Of a DNA stretch of 44,968 nt, positions 34,333 to 43,374 are shown piece after piece. The stretch is from Candidatus Nanopelagicales bacterium. Its GTDB lineage: Bacteria > Actinomycetota > Actinomycetes > S36-B12 > UBA10799. Each line of letters begins with the position of its first letter. Positions within the stretch are counted from its first letter, which is position 1. The DNA lies in assembly GCA_039812085.1 (NCBI GenBank), contig JBDHZU010000003.1:1-44968 (forward strand). The letters are read 5' to 3'. Position numbers and translations under genes: made by a program. The notes below the pieces were generated by a model. The model worked only from the letters and a program-made list of their open reading frames with translations, had not been told where the DNA came from and searched no databases.

Positions 34333-35822
34333 TGTGGCTGAGCATTCTGGAGTGGACGGCAGCGGCAATCGTCATCCTGGCGGCGTTGCCGCTGGTCGTT
34401 GCTGCGGTGCAGTCACTGGCTATCACCTTCCATGACCAGCACTACCTGACCGATGCCCAGCCCTACGAACCACGGGTCGCGGTACTTATCCCGGCATGGA
34501 ACGAAGCTGCTGTCATTCCCGCCACGATCGAGCGGATGCTCGGGGTGACGTATCCCGCCAATCGACTGCGGGTCTACATCATTGACGACGCATCCACGGA
34601 CGAGACTCCCGCCGTCATGGAACGGATGCTGCAGCTCTACGGCGATCGCGTTATTCACATCCGGCGAGAAAACGGCGGGCAAGGCAAGGCTCACACCCTC
34701 AACGCTGGACTCGAACAAGTTCTTGCCGATGACTGGGCGCAAGCCATCCTCATTACCGACGCGGATGTGCTGTTTACCCCCGAGTCAATCGCCCGGATGG
34801 CACGACACTTCAACGACCCATCCATCGGCGCTGTCACCGCCTACGTCAAGGAAGGTTCGCAACCCGCCCGGTACGTCAATCGCTACATCGCCTACGAGTA
34901 CGTCACTGCCCAGGCCGTGGCCCGACGGGCAATGAACATGCTGGATGCACAGGCATGTTTGGCCGGAGGCGCGCAGTTGCACCGACGGGAAAACCTTGAG
35001 GCTATCGGCGGGCGGATTGATACCACGACCTTGGCCGAGGACACCGTCACCACCTTCGAAACTCAACTCGGTGGGCGACGAGTGGTGTTCGAACCCCATG
35101 CCGAGGTCTACGCCGAAGAACCCGAAGGAGTCCGCGCACTGTGGGGACAGCGAGTGCGCTGGGGTCGAGGAAACTTCCAGGTCAGCCGCAGATACAAGTG
35201 GCTCTGGTTCCACAAGAAGCGGCACCCACGCTTGGGGGGCTTTCGATTCGGGATTAGCTGGTTCGTGGTCTTACTCCAGCCATTCCTACTGATCGCGTCG
35301 TCGGCATCGTTGCTCTTCTTGTACTTCGTCGATGCGGAGATTCAATTTGCCGTGTTCAGAATGTTGTGGATCCTCAACGGAATCGTCTACGTGATCATCA
35401 TCTTTGGTGCCAGGGCCGCGGACCCGCAAACAGTTCGACGGACCTGGAAAGAAGCCATGATGTTTCCCGGGATCGTGTCCATGGTGTTGGTCTTCTATTC
35501 GGTGTTCCCGGAAGTGTTTCGCCAGTTGGGGGTATGGGCAAATCAGCAACTGCAGCTCAGTGCAGGCGTCTCTGCCGCAATCGGGGTGAGCTTGGCGGTC
35601 TTCACTTACTCCTGGCTGACGTTGTCCATGTTGGTGGCCTACCTCGGCAAGGTTGTGGAGAAGTTTCGCTACGGCGGCAAGCAACTGGCAGCCGTACTCG
35701 TCACGATCGGCGGCTACGGCTCGTTACTGTGCACGGTCACTTTGGCTGCGGTGGTAGCCGAACTCAGTGGTAGAAAACAAGTGTGGGTGAAGACAGAGAA
35801 GAAGGGCAAAGTCGCGATTTGA
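34332..35822 (+). CDS. Membrane-integrated processive GT2 glycosyltransferase (PgaC/IcaA/cellulose synthase superfamily)
   Basis: N-terminal TM helix. Motifs IPAWNE, DDASTD, GKAHTLN, TDAD, LAEDT and QRVRW (QxxRW). About 5 C-terminal TM helices, ending in WVKTEK. Confidence 0.9.
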   Translation: MWLSILEWTAAAIVILAALPLVVAAVQSLAITFHDQHYLTDAQPYEPRVAVLIPAWNEAAVIPATIERMLGVTYPANRLRVYIIDDASTDETPAVMERMLQLYGDRVIHIRRENGGQGKAHTLNAGLEQVLADDWAQAILITDADVLFTPESIARMARHFNDPSIGAVTAYVKEGSQPARYVNRYIAYEYVTAQAVARRAMNMLDAQACLAGGAQLHRRENLEAIGGRIDTTTLAEDTVTTFETQLGGRRVVFEPHAEVYAEEPEGVRALWGQRVRWGRGNFQVSRRYKWLWFHKKRHPRLGGFRFGISWFVVLLQPFLLIASSASLLFLYFVDAEIQFAVFRMLWILNGIVYVIIIFGARAADPQTVRRTWKEAMMFPGIVSMVLVFYSVFPEVFRQLGVWANQQLQLSAGVSAAIGVSLAVFTYSWLTLSMLVAYLGKVVEKFRYGGKQLAAVLVTIGGYGSLLCTVTLAAVVAELSGRKQVWVKTEKKGKVAI

Positions 35823-35992
35823 GCGACGATGCCGCTGCCGACGTGGTCGAAAACCCCGAACACTCCTTGGATCAGCTCGCTGAAGAAGACCGCACCAACG
35901 AACACAAAGTGGCCAGTCGAATGACGTGGACCTGGATCGCTGCCTTACTAGTGATCGTGCTGTGGTTTGTGGTCAATCGAGCGATCAAATAG
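35819..35992 (+). CDS. 57-aa single-TM small membrane protein
   Basis: TTG start overlaps the GT2 stop (TTGA). Acidic N-terminus, then TM segment WTWIAALLVIVLWFVV and a basic end. Confidence 0.65.
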   Translation: MSDDAAADVVENPEHSLDQLAEEDRTNEHKVASRMTWTWIAALLVIVLWFVVNRAIK

Positions 35993-36048
35993 CCGAAGAA
36001 CGTTCGCTGCGGACGCGATCTTGGACATGGCGCAGTTAGATGGTCGGT

Positions 36049-37062
36049 ATGGCTGACGAACGACGAATCCTCGTGACGGGAGCTGGCGGAGCCGCCGGCA
36101 TTGCCGTCATCAACGAACTCAAGCGAATGGGAATCGCCACCGTCGGGTGCGACATCAATCCCTACGCGGCAGGCATTCGCTTGGCGGACCACGGAACCCT
36201 GATCACTCGATATTCCGATCCCGGTTATCAGGACGACCTGCTCGCAATCGCTCAGCGCTTCGAGGTCAACGGGGTCATCAGCACGATGACCGAAGAGCTT
36301 GCTGTGCTGGGGACACCTGAGTTTGGTTCGGTCTTGGATGACGCCGGTTTGGCGCACTGGTTCCCACCGGCTCGTACCGCAACAATCTGCATGGACAAAC
36401 GCCAGTTCGCCGACACCGTAGAGGCAGCAGGTCAACCCGTCCCACTCACGGGAACCGGTGATGTCGAGACTGCGCTGAGCAAAGTGCCTGGACCCTGGAT
36501 TCTCAAGCCCACCTTTGGGCGAGGTTCCCGTGATGTCTACGCAGTGGATTCCGAAGACGAGGTTCGCAAGCTGTGGGCACAAGTACCGGAACCGATTCTG
36601 CAAACCCGGCTGTCCGGTGAGGAATTCACCATCGACACCCTCGTCGACAAAGATGGGACTCTGCTCGGTGGCGTTCCGCGATTCCGGGTCGAGACCAAAG
36701 CAGGTATCAGCACCGTCGGTCGAACTTTTGAAGCATCCGGTTTGATGCAGCTAGCGGAATCACTGCTGAAGTCGATCGGACATCAGGGTCCGGCAAACGT
36801 CCAAGGCTTCATTGATCCGAACAACGGCGACTTCGGTTTCATCGAGGTCAACCCACGGTTCTCAGGCGCACTGCCATTGTCTTTGGCATCAGGTGCGGAC
36901 TTGGTCGGCCAATTCGTGGCCGGAATGTACGGCGAGCAGCCGGACGCTAGCGCGCTGGCCTACACGCCAGGAACAGTCATGGTGCGCTATTTCAACGAAG
37001 TCTTCTTCACCGAGGACATCCAGCCCATTGGTCCGCTCAATCCCGTCACTTGGACTGGATGA
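36049..37062 (+). CDS. ATP-grasp domain ligase (carbamoyl-phosphate synthase large subunit-like, stand-alone)
   Basis: Motifs ILVTGAGG, C.DK, ILKPTFGRGSR, GEEFTID, GPANVQ and IEVNPRFSG. Confidence 0.88.
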   Translation: MADERRILVTGAGGAAGIAVINELKRMGIATVGCDINPYAAGIRLADHGTLITRYSDPGYQDDLLAIAQRFEVNGVISTMTEELAVLGTPEFGSVLDDAGLAHWFPPARTATICMDKRQFADTVEAAGQPVPLTGTGDVETALSKVPGPWILKPTFGRGSRDVYAVDSEDEVRKLWAQVPEPILQTRLSGEEFTIDTLVDKDGTLLGGVPRFRVETKAGISTVGRTFEASGLMQLAESLLKSIGHQGPANVQGFIDPNNGDFGFIEVNPRFSGALPLSLASGADLVGQFVAGMYGEQPDASALAYTPGTVMVRYFNEVFFTEDIQPIGPLNPVTWTG

Positions 37063-37079
37063 CCCCGCTGGGGCATAGC

Positions 37080-39146
37080 TCACTGAGACGGTGTCGGTAC
37101 TGCGGACGCTGACTGGTTCGTCGGAGCTGTCGTCGGTTCGGCGTTCGGACTTGCCGGGACACCATCCGTGGGACTCGCGCTGTCGGACGGAGTCGGGTTG
37201 GAGTACTGGTCGTAGTAACCACCGTAGGCATACTCATCCGGCGGGGTGAAGTCTTCATACTCTCGACCGGCCATGGCCTGCTGCATGAAGGTGGTCCAGA
37301 TCCGGGTCGGATAAGAACCACCAAACACATGGCCCATTCCACCGGTCCCATACAGGCTTTCGGCGTTGCCGTCCTTGTCCTGCTTGACCATCATCACGGC
37401 CGCCGACAACTGCGGGGTATACCCAACGAACCATGCCGAACGGTTGTTATCCGTCGTGCCCGTCTTGCCAGCGGCGGGTCGACCTAATGCACGGGCAGCC
37501 GTACCCGTTCCGCTGCGGACAACCTGCTCCAGTGCGTACGTCACCTTGTTCGACACATCAGCCGAGAAAGCACGTTGCGGTTCTACTTCGTGCTTGTACT
37601 CCAACTGCCCAGCCCGAGTGACTTCCTGGATCGTGGTGGGCTCGATTCGTTCACCTTCGTTAGCGAAGGTCGCGTAAGCACTGGCCATATCCAGGGTGGT
37701 GGGAGATGCCGTTCCCAGCACAGTGGTGGGGTCAGCGACGAGACCAATCGTCTTGTCCGGAACACCAGCTCGAACTGCTGCCTCGCGAACCTTTTCGACT
37801 CCCACTTGTTGCGCCAGATCGACGAAGACAGTGTTGATCGACTTCTCGGTTGCCCGCAGCAAACTCACTTGGCCGTACGAGACGTTGTCTTCGTTCTGCA
37901 GCTTGTAGCCCTTGATCGTTCGTGGTGACGAACCATCCCAGGTAGAGGACAAGTCGATGTCATCTTCGAACGCCGCCGCAAGTCCGAACGCCTTAAAGGT
38001 CGATCCGGCCAACCCGACCGCCTGATCGGCATTGGACAACTGGTTCTTCAGGTAGTCCGCTCCGCCATACATTGCGCGAACTTCACCGTTCTTTGGATCC
38101 ACCGCAGTGAGGCCGATACGAAGACCCTTCTCTGGGCCTGGGCCAGACCAATCGACCGCGTTCACTGCCGCCTTCTGATCGGACCGGTCAAAGGTGGAGA
38201 CGATGCGGTAACCGCCGATGGTCAAGTCATTCTCGGTAAATCCGCGGCGCAGCATCTCGCGGCGCACAGATTCGATCAGATATCCCTTGGTACCGCGCAA
38301 GGATGACTTCTGTGGTTCGTAATCCACGAACTGGGGCAGCTTCTTTACCGCATGAGCTTTCTCTTCTGGAGTGATCCAACCCTTGGCGACCATTCCGTCA
38401 AGTACGTAGGCATACCGCGCCTTGAGCTGGTCCTTGTGTGTCTCTGGGTCGTAGCCGCCGGGCGCCCGAATGATGGCAGCCAAGGCAGCGGACTGACGCA
38501 AGTTGAGGTCCTTGGCAGAGACCCCAAAATAGGCCTGCGATGCCGTCTCGATTCCGTACGCGCCTCGGCCCCAGTAGATGGTGTTGAGGTAGCTGTTGAG
38601 GATGTCGCTCTTGGACTCCTCGGTCTCCAGCTTCACCGACAGGAACAGTTCACGAACCTTGCGCGAGATCGTCTGCTCGTGGGTGAGGAACGCATTCTTT
38701 GCGTACTGCTGGGTGATGGTCGATCCACCTTGGGTTTGTCCATCGGACAGATCCACCCATACAGCGCGAGCTAAACCTCGGGGATCGAAACCACCGTGTT
38801 CGTAGTAGCTGCGATCTTCAGCAGCCAACACGGCCTCTTGGGCTTTCAACGGGATGTCTTTCAGATCGACGGCGACTCGGTTGGCTTCTCCCAATCGACC
38901 CAACTCGGTCTTGCCGTCGTTCCAATAGATGATGCTTTGCTCGGCCATCGCGATGTCGTTGGGCTTAGGCACTTTGGTGAAGGCAACCGCTGCGGCAAAT
39001 CCGCCAACTAACAACAAGCAAGCGGTCAGGAAGGAACCAAAGACCAACTTCCAACTAGGTAGCCAGCGACGAATGCCGTGTTTGCCATGGCGCGGATAGT
39101 CGATCACGCGCTTGCGCCGCGGCTTAGGTCCCGCTGCCTGTGCCAT
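37080..39146 (-). CDS. ponA: Class A penicillin-binding protein (transglycosylase/transpeptidase)
   Basis: Transglycosylase motifs AAEDRSYYEH, GGSTITQQYAKN and YLNTIYWGRG. Transpeptidase motifs STFK, SIN and KTGT. Pro/Ser/Thr-rich tail. Confidence 0.93.
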   Translation of the reverse strand: MAQAAGPKPRRKRVIDYPRHGKHGIRRWLPSWKLVFGSFLTACLLLVGGFAAAVAFTKVPKPNDIAMAEQSIIYWNDGKTELGRLGEANRVAVDLKDIPLKAQEAVLAAEDRSYYEHGGFDPRGLARAVWVDLSDGQTQGGSTITQQYAKNAFLTHEQTISRKVRELFLSVKLETEESKSDILNSYLNTIYWGRGAYGIETASQAYFGVSAKDLNLRQSAALAAIIRAPGGYDPETHKDQLKARYAYVLDGMVAKGWITPEEKAHAVKKLPQFVDYEPQKSSLRGTKGYLIESVRREMLRRGFTENDLTIGGYRIVSTFDRSDQKAAVNAVDWSGPGPEKGLRIGLTAVDPKNGEVRAMYGGADYLKNQLSNADQAVGLAGSTFKAFGLAAAFEDDIDLSSTWDGSSPRTIKGYKLQNEDNVSYGQVSLLRATEKSINTVFVDLAQQVGVEKVREAAVRAGVPDKTIGLVADPTTVLGTASPTTLDMASAYATFANEGERIEPTTIQEVTRAGQLEYKHEVEPQRAFSADVSNKVTYALEQVVRSGTGTAARALGRPAAGKTGTTDNNRSAWFVGYTPQLSAAVMMVKQDKDGNAESLYGTGGMGHVFGGSYPTRIWTTFMQQAMAGREYEDFTPPDEYAYGGYYDQYSNPTPSDSASPTDGVPASPNAEPTTAPTNQSASAVPTPSQ

Positions 39147-39246
39147 GTCGTCCCTTGCCTTCGCCAGTACCGAACGAATCCAATGAGCGACCTATTACTT
39201 ACTGTCGGTGCCCATCTGACTGCATTCCGATATCCATCATGGCGTG

Positions 39247-39765
39247 CTAATCCAGCATGTCCCGCGAGGCGCGCAGGGCAGCACGTGGCACGCCATCGCC
39301 TAGGACGAAGCTGAGCAGAAGGTGGTTCCATCCACAGCCGATGCAGACCTCAACCCGATACACCCGGAATTGCCCGTGTTCGGTCGCCATCTGCTCCAGC
39401 TCGCGCGGTGACTTCAGTCGACCGGCATACGGCCCCAATTCCGCGCCGTACACATAGTGCAGATGGACCAGAGTGTCCTGAGAGCGGCACCACGGGCACT
39501 CCTGGCCAGTGGCAATTCCGTGATTCTTTGCCGCTCGCAACAAGTACGGATGCGGATCTAAGTGGTCACTTGCGCCAGTAGCCGTCACCACCAAGCTGGC
39601 CAGTGCTTGCTTACGAGTCAGGGAGTGATCGACGACTCGTCGCGGTGCGGTGGGATCTCGAACATCTTCTGGTTCGGCCAGTTCGGGACGTTCGACCGGC
39701 GGCTTATTGGCAACCGAAGGCGTGCGCGTCCCTCGCGGGTGTGCAGAGGATCGCGCGACAGCCAT
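39247..39765 (-). CDS. DUF5318 family protein (Rv0049-like)
   Basis: VVDHSL, HPYLLRAAK.HG, CPWC, YVYG.ELG and VY.VEVC..C.WNHL. Conserved position between padR and ponA. Confidence 0.82.
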   Translation of the reverse strand: MAVARSSAHPRGTRTPSVANKPPVERPELAEPEDVRDPTAPRRVVDHSLTRKQALASLVVTATGASDHLDPHPYLLRAAKNHGIATGQECPWCRSQDTLVHLHYVYGAELGPYAGRLKSPRELEQMATEHGQFRVYRVEVCIGCGWNHLLLSFVLGDGVPRAALRASRDMLD

Positions 39766-39824
39766 TGAACAAGCGTAGGTCTGGAAATCTCGTCATGCCC
39801 GTGATCCGAGACACATTGAGGAGA

Positions 39825-39843
39825 ATATATCGAATTGATATAT
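39825..39843. promoter_or_regulatory. Palindromic operator in the DUF5318/padR divergent region, probably the PadR site
   Basis: ATATATC-GAATT-GATATAT has perfect 7-bp inverted arms and is an AT-rich island in GC-rich DNA. Confidence 0.65.
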
Positions 39844-39905
39844 CTACCGTGTATATTGATTCGCTAGTACGACGAAGCTTATCGATGCGGTGGGAGGTGG
39901 AGAAC

Positions 39906-40604
39906 ATGGCACGCCGCGCAGACACACTCGAGTTCGCCGTGTTGGGACTTCTCCATGACAGCCCCATGCATGGATACGAATTGCGTAAGCGACTCAACGC
40001 TGTACTGGGTAGCTTCCGAGCAATCTCATACGGCTCGCTCTACCCCGCGCTCAAGAAGATGCTGAACGCTGGACTGATCAGTGAGGCTGGACCTGCCGAT
40101 GCAGGCGCACCGGCGCTAACGAACCGTCGCGCTCGGATCGTCTACCAGCTCACCGCAGATGGCAAAGAACGCTTCGAACAGTTACTGGAAGACGCCGGAC
40201 CGGAAACCTGGGACGACGAACCCTTCGGAGTCCGCTTCGCTTTCTTCTCTCGTACTGACTCTGAAGTTCGCATGCGCATCCTGCAAGGACGGCGCTCTCG
40301 GCTAGAAGAACGCGTACAGAACCTGCGCACCTCACTGGGTCGTAGTTCTGCTCGCGTCGATGAATACACCGCAGAACTTGCCCGCCACGGCCTCGACGCC
40401 GTCGAGCGGGAAGTTCGCTGGCTGTCGGAACTCATTGAGTCCGAGCAGTCCGACAAACCCACTGCCCGACGTGCAACCGCCCCACGGATGACGTCGAGGA
40501 CAGCGCAGAGCCGACGCCCCAAAACGTCGGCTAACCAGACGGCTAATGCCACAACACGAACCGGCGGCGCGGGCCGATCCGGGCGAAACACAGGAGGAAA
40601 GTGA
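39906..40604 (+). CDS. PadR family transcriptional regulator (Rv0047c-like)
   Basis: [29 protein letters not shown] and VYQLT..G. GGAGG RBS before the ATG at 39906. Confidence 0.92.
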   Translation: MARRADTLEFAVLGLLHDSPMHGYELRKRLNAVLGSFRAISYGSLYPALKKMLNAGLISEAGPADAGAPALTNRRARIVYQLTADGKERFEQLLEDAGPETWDDEPFGVRFAFFSRTDSEVRMRILQGRRSRLEERVQNLRTSLGRSSARVDEYTAELARHGLDAVEREVRWLSELIESEQSDKPTARRATAPRMTSRTAQSRRPKTSANQTANATTRTGGAGRSGRNTGGK

Positions 40605-40605
40605 G

Positions 40606-41685
40606 ATGGGATCCATCCGCGTCGGAATCGTCGGAGTGGGCAACTGTGCCTCTTCGCTTGTCCAAGGTGTCGAGTACTACAAGGACGCTGACCCACAGGG
40701 TCGCGTTCCCGGGCTCATGCACGTTCAGTTCGGCGACTACCACGTCAATGACATCGAATTTGTCGCTGCGTTTGATGTCGATGCCAAGAAGGTCGGCCAG
40801 GATCTGGCCCACGCCATCACCGCGAGCGAGAACAACACCATCAAGATCTGCGACGTTCCGCCAACCGGCGTGACCGTGCAGCGCGGCCACACTCTGGACG
40901 GCCTCGGCAAGTACTACAAGGAAATGGTCACCGAGTCCGACGACGAACCCGTCAACGTGGTGCAGGCACTGAAGGACGCCGAAGTTGACGTCCTCATCTG
41001 CTACCTGCCCGTCGGGTCAGAAGATGCTGCCAAGTTCTACGCCCAGTGCGCCATCGACGCCAAGGTTGCCTTCGTTAACGCCCTGCCTGTGTTCATCGCT
41101 GGCACCAAGGAATGGGCAGACAAGTTCACCGAAGCCGGTGTGCCGATCGTCGGTGACGACATCAAGAGCCAGGTTGGTGCCACCATCACCCACCGCGTGT
41201 TGGCCAAGCTGTTCGAAGATCGCGGTGTCACGGTTGACCGCACCTACCAGTTGAACGTCGGCGGCAACATGGACTTCATGAACATGCTGGAGCGCGAGCG
41301 CCTGGAGTCGAAGAAGATTTCCAAGACTCAGTCGGTCACCTCGCAGTTGCAGGATCGGATTTCTGATCGCAACGTGCACATCGGTCCGAGCGACTACGTT
41401 GCCTGGCTCGACGACCGCAAGTGGGCATTCGTTCGCCTCGAAGGCCGCAACTTTGGCGATGTTCCGTTGAGCCTGGAATACAAGCTCGAGGTCTGGGACT
41501 CCCCGAACTCGGCCGGCATCATCATCGACGCTTTGCGCGCCGCGAAGATCGCCAAGGACCGCGGTATCGGCGGACCGATCCTGTCTGCGTCGAGCTACTT
41601 CATGAAGAGCCCGCCGGAGCAGTACGCCGACGATGTCTGCCGTCAGAAGGTTGAAGACTTCATCGCGGGCACGATCGAACGCTAA
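40606..41685 (+). CDS. ino1: myo-Inositol-1-phosphate synthase
   Basis: Motifs [45 protein letters not shown] and VWDSPNSAG. Confidence 0.96.
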   Translation: MGSIRVGIVGVGNCASSLVQGVEYYKDADPQGRVPGLMHVQFGDYHVNDIEFVAAFDVDAKKVGQDLAHAITASENNTIKICDVPPTGVTVQRGHTLDGLGKYYKEMVTESDDEPVNVVQALKDAEVDVLICYLPVGSEDAAKFYAQCAIDAKVAFVNALPVFIAGTKEWADKFTEAGVPIVGDDIKSQVGATITHRVLAKLFEDRGVTVDRTYQLNVGGNMDFMNMLERERLESKKISKTQSVTSQLQDRISDRNVHIGPSDYVAWLDDRKWAFVRLEGRNFGDVPLSLEYKLEVWDSPNSAGIIIDALRAAKIAKDRGIGGPILSASSYFMKSPPEQYADDVCRQKVEDFIAGTIER

Positions 41686-41698
41686 TCAGCCCGTCCAT

Positions 41699-41736
41699 CG
41701 ACACCCTCGCCTACGGGCGGGGGTGTCGTTTATTTA
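41699..41736 (+). terminator. Intrinsic terminator after ino1
   Basis: Stem cgacaccctcgcc / ggcgggggtgtcg with a UACG tetraloop and a tttattt tail. Confidence 0.8.
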
Positions 41737-41745
41737 TCCACCGAA

Positions 41746-42021
41746 TTACGTCGAGGGATCGTTTGTCGGATTGTCGGCTGCTTGACGGCGAGCACGAATG
41801 GCGAACCATGCGGTGGTGGCGATCGCGGACACCACGGCACCAGCGATCGCACACGCGACCACAGCTGACCAAGTCAAACCGTCGCCGGCAGAGACGACGA
41901 TTGCGATTCCAGAAACGAATAACCATCCGAACAGAAACAAGACAATGCGATCTGCGGCATCGGCCTTCAACGGGTCCTTGGGCGCCTGCATCGTCAACCC
42001 AGGTCGGTCATCAGAAACCAT
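41746..42021 (-). CDS. Small hypothetical membrane protein (2 TM)
   Basis: Two hydrophobic segments. ATG 7 nt after TAACGT. No family recognised. Confidence 0.55.
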   Translation of the reverse strand: MVSDDRPGLTMQAPKDPLKADAADRIVLFLFGWLFVSGIAIVVSAGDGLTWSAVVACAIAGAVVSAIATTAWFAIRARRQAADNPTNDPST

Positions 42022-42099
42022 GTTTGCCACGTTAGACCTGGCTCGATCAATCCAAAGCCAGCAGGCTGGTAAACCTCGGAGCGCACTAACGTGTGCGCT

Positions 42100-43374
42100 G
42101 TGGGCAGTCGGAACCTAGGCGTGGTGCTGTCGTCACCGCTATTCCGGCGCCTATTCGCCGTCCGCATTACCGGTCAGTTCTGTGACGGACTCTTTCAGTC
42201 CGCATTGGCAACATTCGTCCTGTTTTCTCCCGAGCGGCAACCGACTGCGGCCTCGATCGCCTCGGCATTCGCGATTCTCTACCTGCCATTCACGCTGGTC
42301 GGACCGTTTGCTGGGGTGGCGTTGGATGTATGGAATCGACGTCAGGTCTTATTGGTCGGAAACCTGGTTCGCGCCGTACTGGTAGCCGGGATCGCACTGC
42401 TGACTTCGGCTGGGCATTCCGGCGTCGACTTGGGGATTGCCGTCTTAGTGGCGCTGGGTATCAATCGGTTCATCCTGGCCGGGCTATCTGCGGCTCTGCC
42501 GCACACCGTTCCGGAATCCTCCCTCGTCACAGCGAACGCCTTTGCTCCTACGGCAGGAACGATGGGAGCAGCGGTTGGCGGATTGCTTGGAGTGGCTCTG
42601 AGATCCGTCTTGGGCGGTTCAGATTCAGGTTCAACCGGGGTCTTGCTACTCGCTGCTGCTGGACTCGTGGTGACCGCACTGCTCGCCTTGCGAATGCCGC
42701 GCCACAGCTTGGGTCCAGAAGACACAGACGTCACTGCCGACGTTCGGTCAGTACTGATAGGCCTGTGGTCAGGCGTACCGACACTGTGGAACTGCGTACC
42801 CGCTCGGCGAGCCGTTGCCCTCGTCACCGCTCAACGAATTGCTTTAGGTGGAGCACTTGTCTTGGTCATCCTGCTCCTGCGTCACACCTTGAACTCACCG
42901 GACAATCCGTCGGCAGCTTTGGCCCAACTGACCGTCGTTGTCGGTGCCGCTGCCGGCGGTGCACTGCTCGGTGCGGTGGCCACCCCACTACTCAGCCCAC
43001 GAATTGGTGGACTGGCGTGGGCGGCAATCTGCATCATCATTGCCGGCCTGATTGCACCGGCAGCAGTTGCCGTCACGACCTACCCGCTGTTCTTATTGGC
43101 ATCCGCGCTGATCGGTTTCGCCGGCCAAGCCGCCAAAGTCGTCGCAGATACCGAAGTCCAAGAACGTATTGCCGACGATCACCGCGGTCGAGTGTTCGCG
43201 CTCTACGACATCGTCATCAATATCGGGCTCGTCACCGGGGTCACACTGGGAGCACTCACCAGCGAACCATCCGGTCGAGGACCACTGACGTTGGTCACGA
43301 TCGCGGTCGTGCTGGTGGGGTTGGGAAGCTGGACGCTTATCCGTTCTCGTTCTGGTTCGCCCACCACTGCTTAA
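42100..43374 (+). CDS. MFS transporter (Rv0037c-like, conserved next to cca)
   Basis: FRRLFAVR..GQF.DGLFQ, FSPERQ, LPFTLVGPFAGVALD.WNRR and RGRVFALYD. About 12 TM helices. Start placed 7 nt after TAACGT. Confidence 0.85.
   Translation: MGSRNLGVVLSSPLFRRLFAVRITGQFCDGLFQSALATFVLFSPERQPTAASIASAFAILYLPFTLVGPFAGVALDVWNRRQVLLVGNLVRAVLVAGIALLTSAGHSGVDLGIAVLVALGINRFILAGLSAALPHTVPESSLVTANAFAPTAGTMGAAVGGLLGVALRSVLGGSDSGSTGVLLLAAAGLVVTALLALRMPRHSLGPEDTDVTADVRSVLIGLWSGVPTLWNCVPARRAVALVTAQRIALGGALVLVILLLRHTLNSPDNPSAALAQLTVVVGAAAGGALLGAVATPLLSPRIGGLAWAAICIIIAGLIAPAAVAVTTYPLFLLASALIGFAGQAAKVVADTEVQERIADDHRGRVFALYDIVINIGLVTGVTLGALTSEPSGRGPLTLVTIAVVLVGLGSWTLIRSRSGSPTTA

Noticed and set aside
30691-37062. Mobile element or genomic island with mobility genes
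   Set aside because: No integrase, transposase, tRNA target or terminal repeats, and no obvious compositional shift by eye.
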